Source: Mobula hypostoma
Taxonomy: Eukaryota
Reading direction: 5' to 3'
Assembly (NCBI RefSeq): GCF_963921235.1
Contig: NC_086097.1
Span: 53,942,001-54,006,000, forward strand
DNA length: 64,000 nucleotides
Below the pieces are notes generated by a model. That model had not been told where the DNA came from, made no database searches, and saw only the letters and a program-made list of their open reading frames with translations. Below, piece by piece: positions 63,731-64,000 of this stretch; position 1 is the first letter of the stretch; each line of letters starts with the position of its first letter. The position numbers and the translations under genes were made by a program.

Positions 63731-64000
63731 CAGCATTGCTAGGCTTCATATTCAACAGGTCATCATCCCTCATTGTCAATGTAGAGTCACAGAGCCAGAG
63801 TTATACAGGCTGAAAATAGATCATTCAGCCAACTCATTCATGGCAACCAAGGTGCCAGCTGACCCATCCTATCTGCCTTTCTTTTGGCCCATATCCTTCT
63901 AAATCACTCCAATCCCTATACCTATCTAAACATCTTTTCAACTTTGTCATTGTTCCTGCCTCTACCATTACCTGCAGCAACTTGTTCCATACACCCAGTC

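Overview
Vertebrate genomic DNA, most likely a cartilaginous fish (ray/skate/shark), inferred from the repeat families and the BMP4 protein sequence. The only host gene I can support is BMP4 on the minus strand: coding exons 35298-34947 and 34340-33502 (396 aa), a non-coding 5' exon ending at 35953, a CpG/GC-box/CCAAT promoter at about 36000-36420, and an AU-rich 3'UTR. It lies in a ~10 kb transposon-poor island (about 28100-38700). The flanks are a nested patchwork of decayed Rex1/Babar, CR1 and Tx1 LINEs, Penelope-like elements (PLE, GIY-YIG), tRNA-derived and Deu-type SINEs, a hAT-like element, a Tigger-like element and a solo LTR. Highlights: (1) about 15 dispersed copies of a PLE 3' tail carry a minimal hammerhead ribozyme motif (CTGATGA-stem II-GAAACGTC). 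Several form short, TSD-flanked fold-back elements whose inversion point sits at the ribozyme. (2) A spliced 17-codon uORF in strong Kozak context overlaps the BMP4 start codon and appears conserved with human. Repeat boundaries are approximate unless TSDs are quoted.
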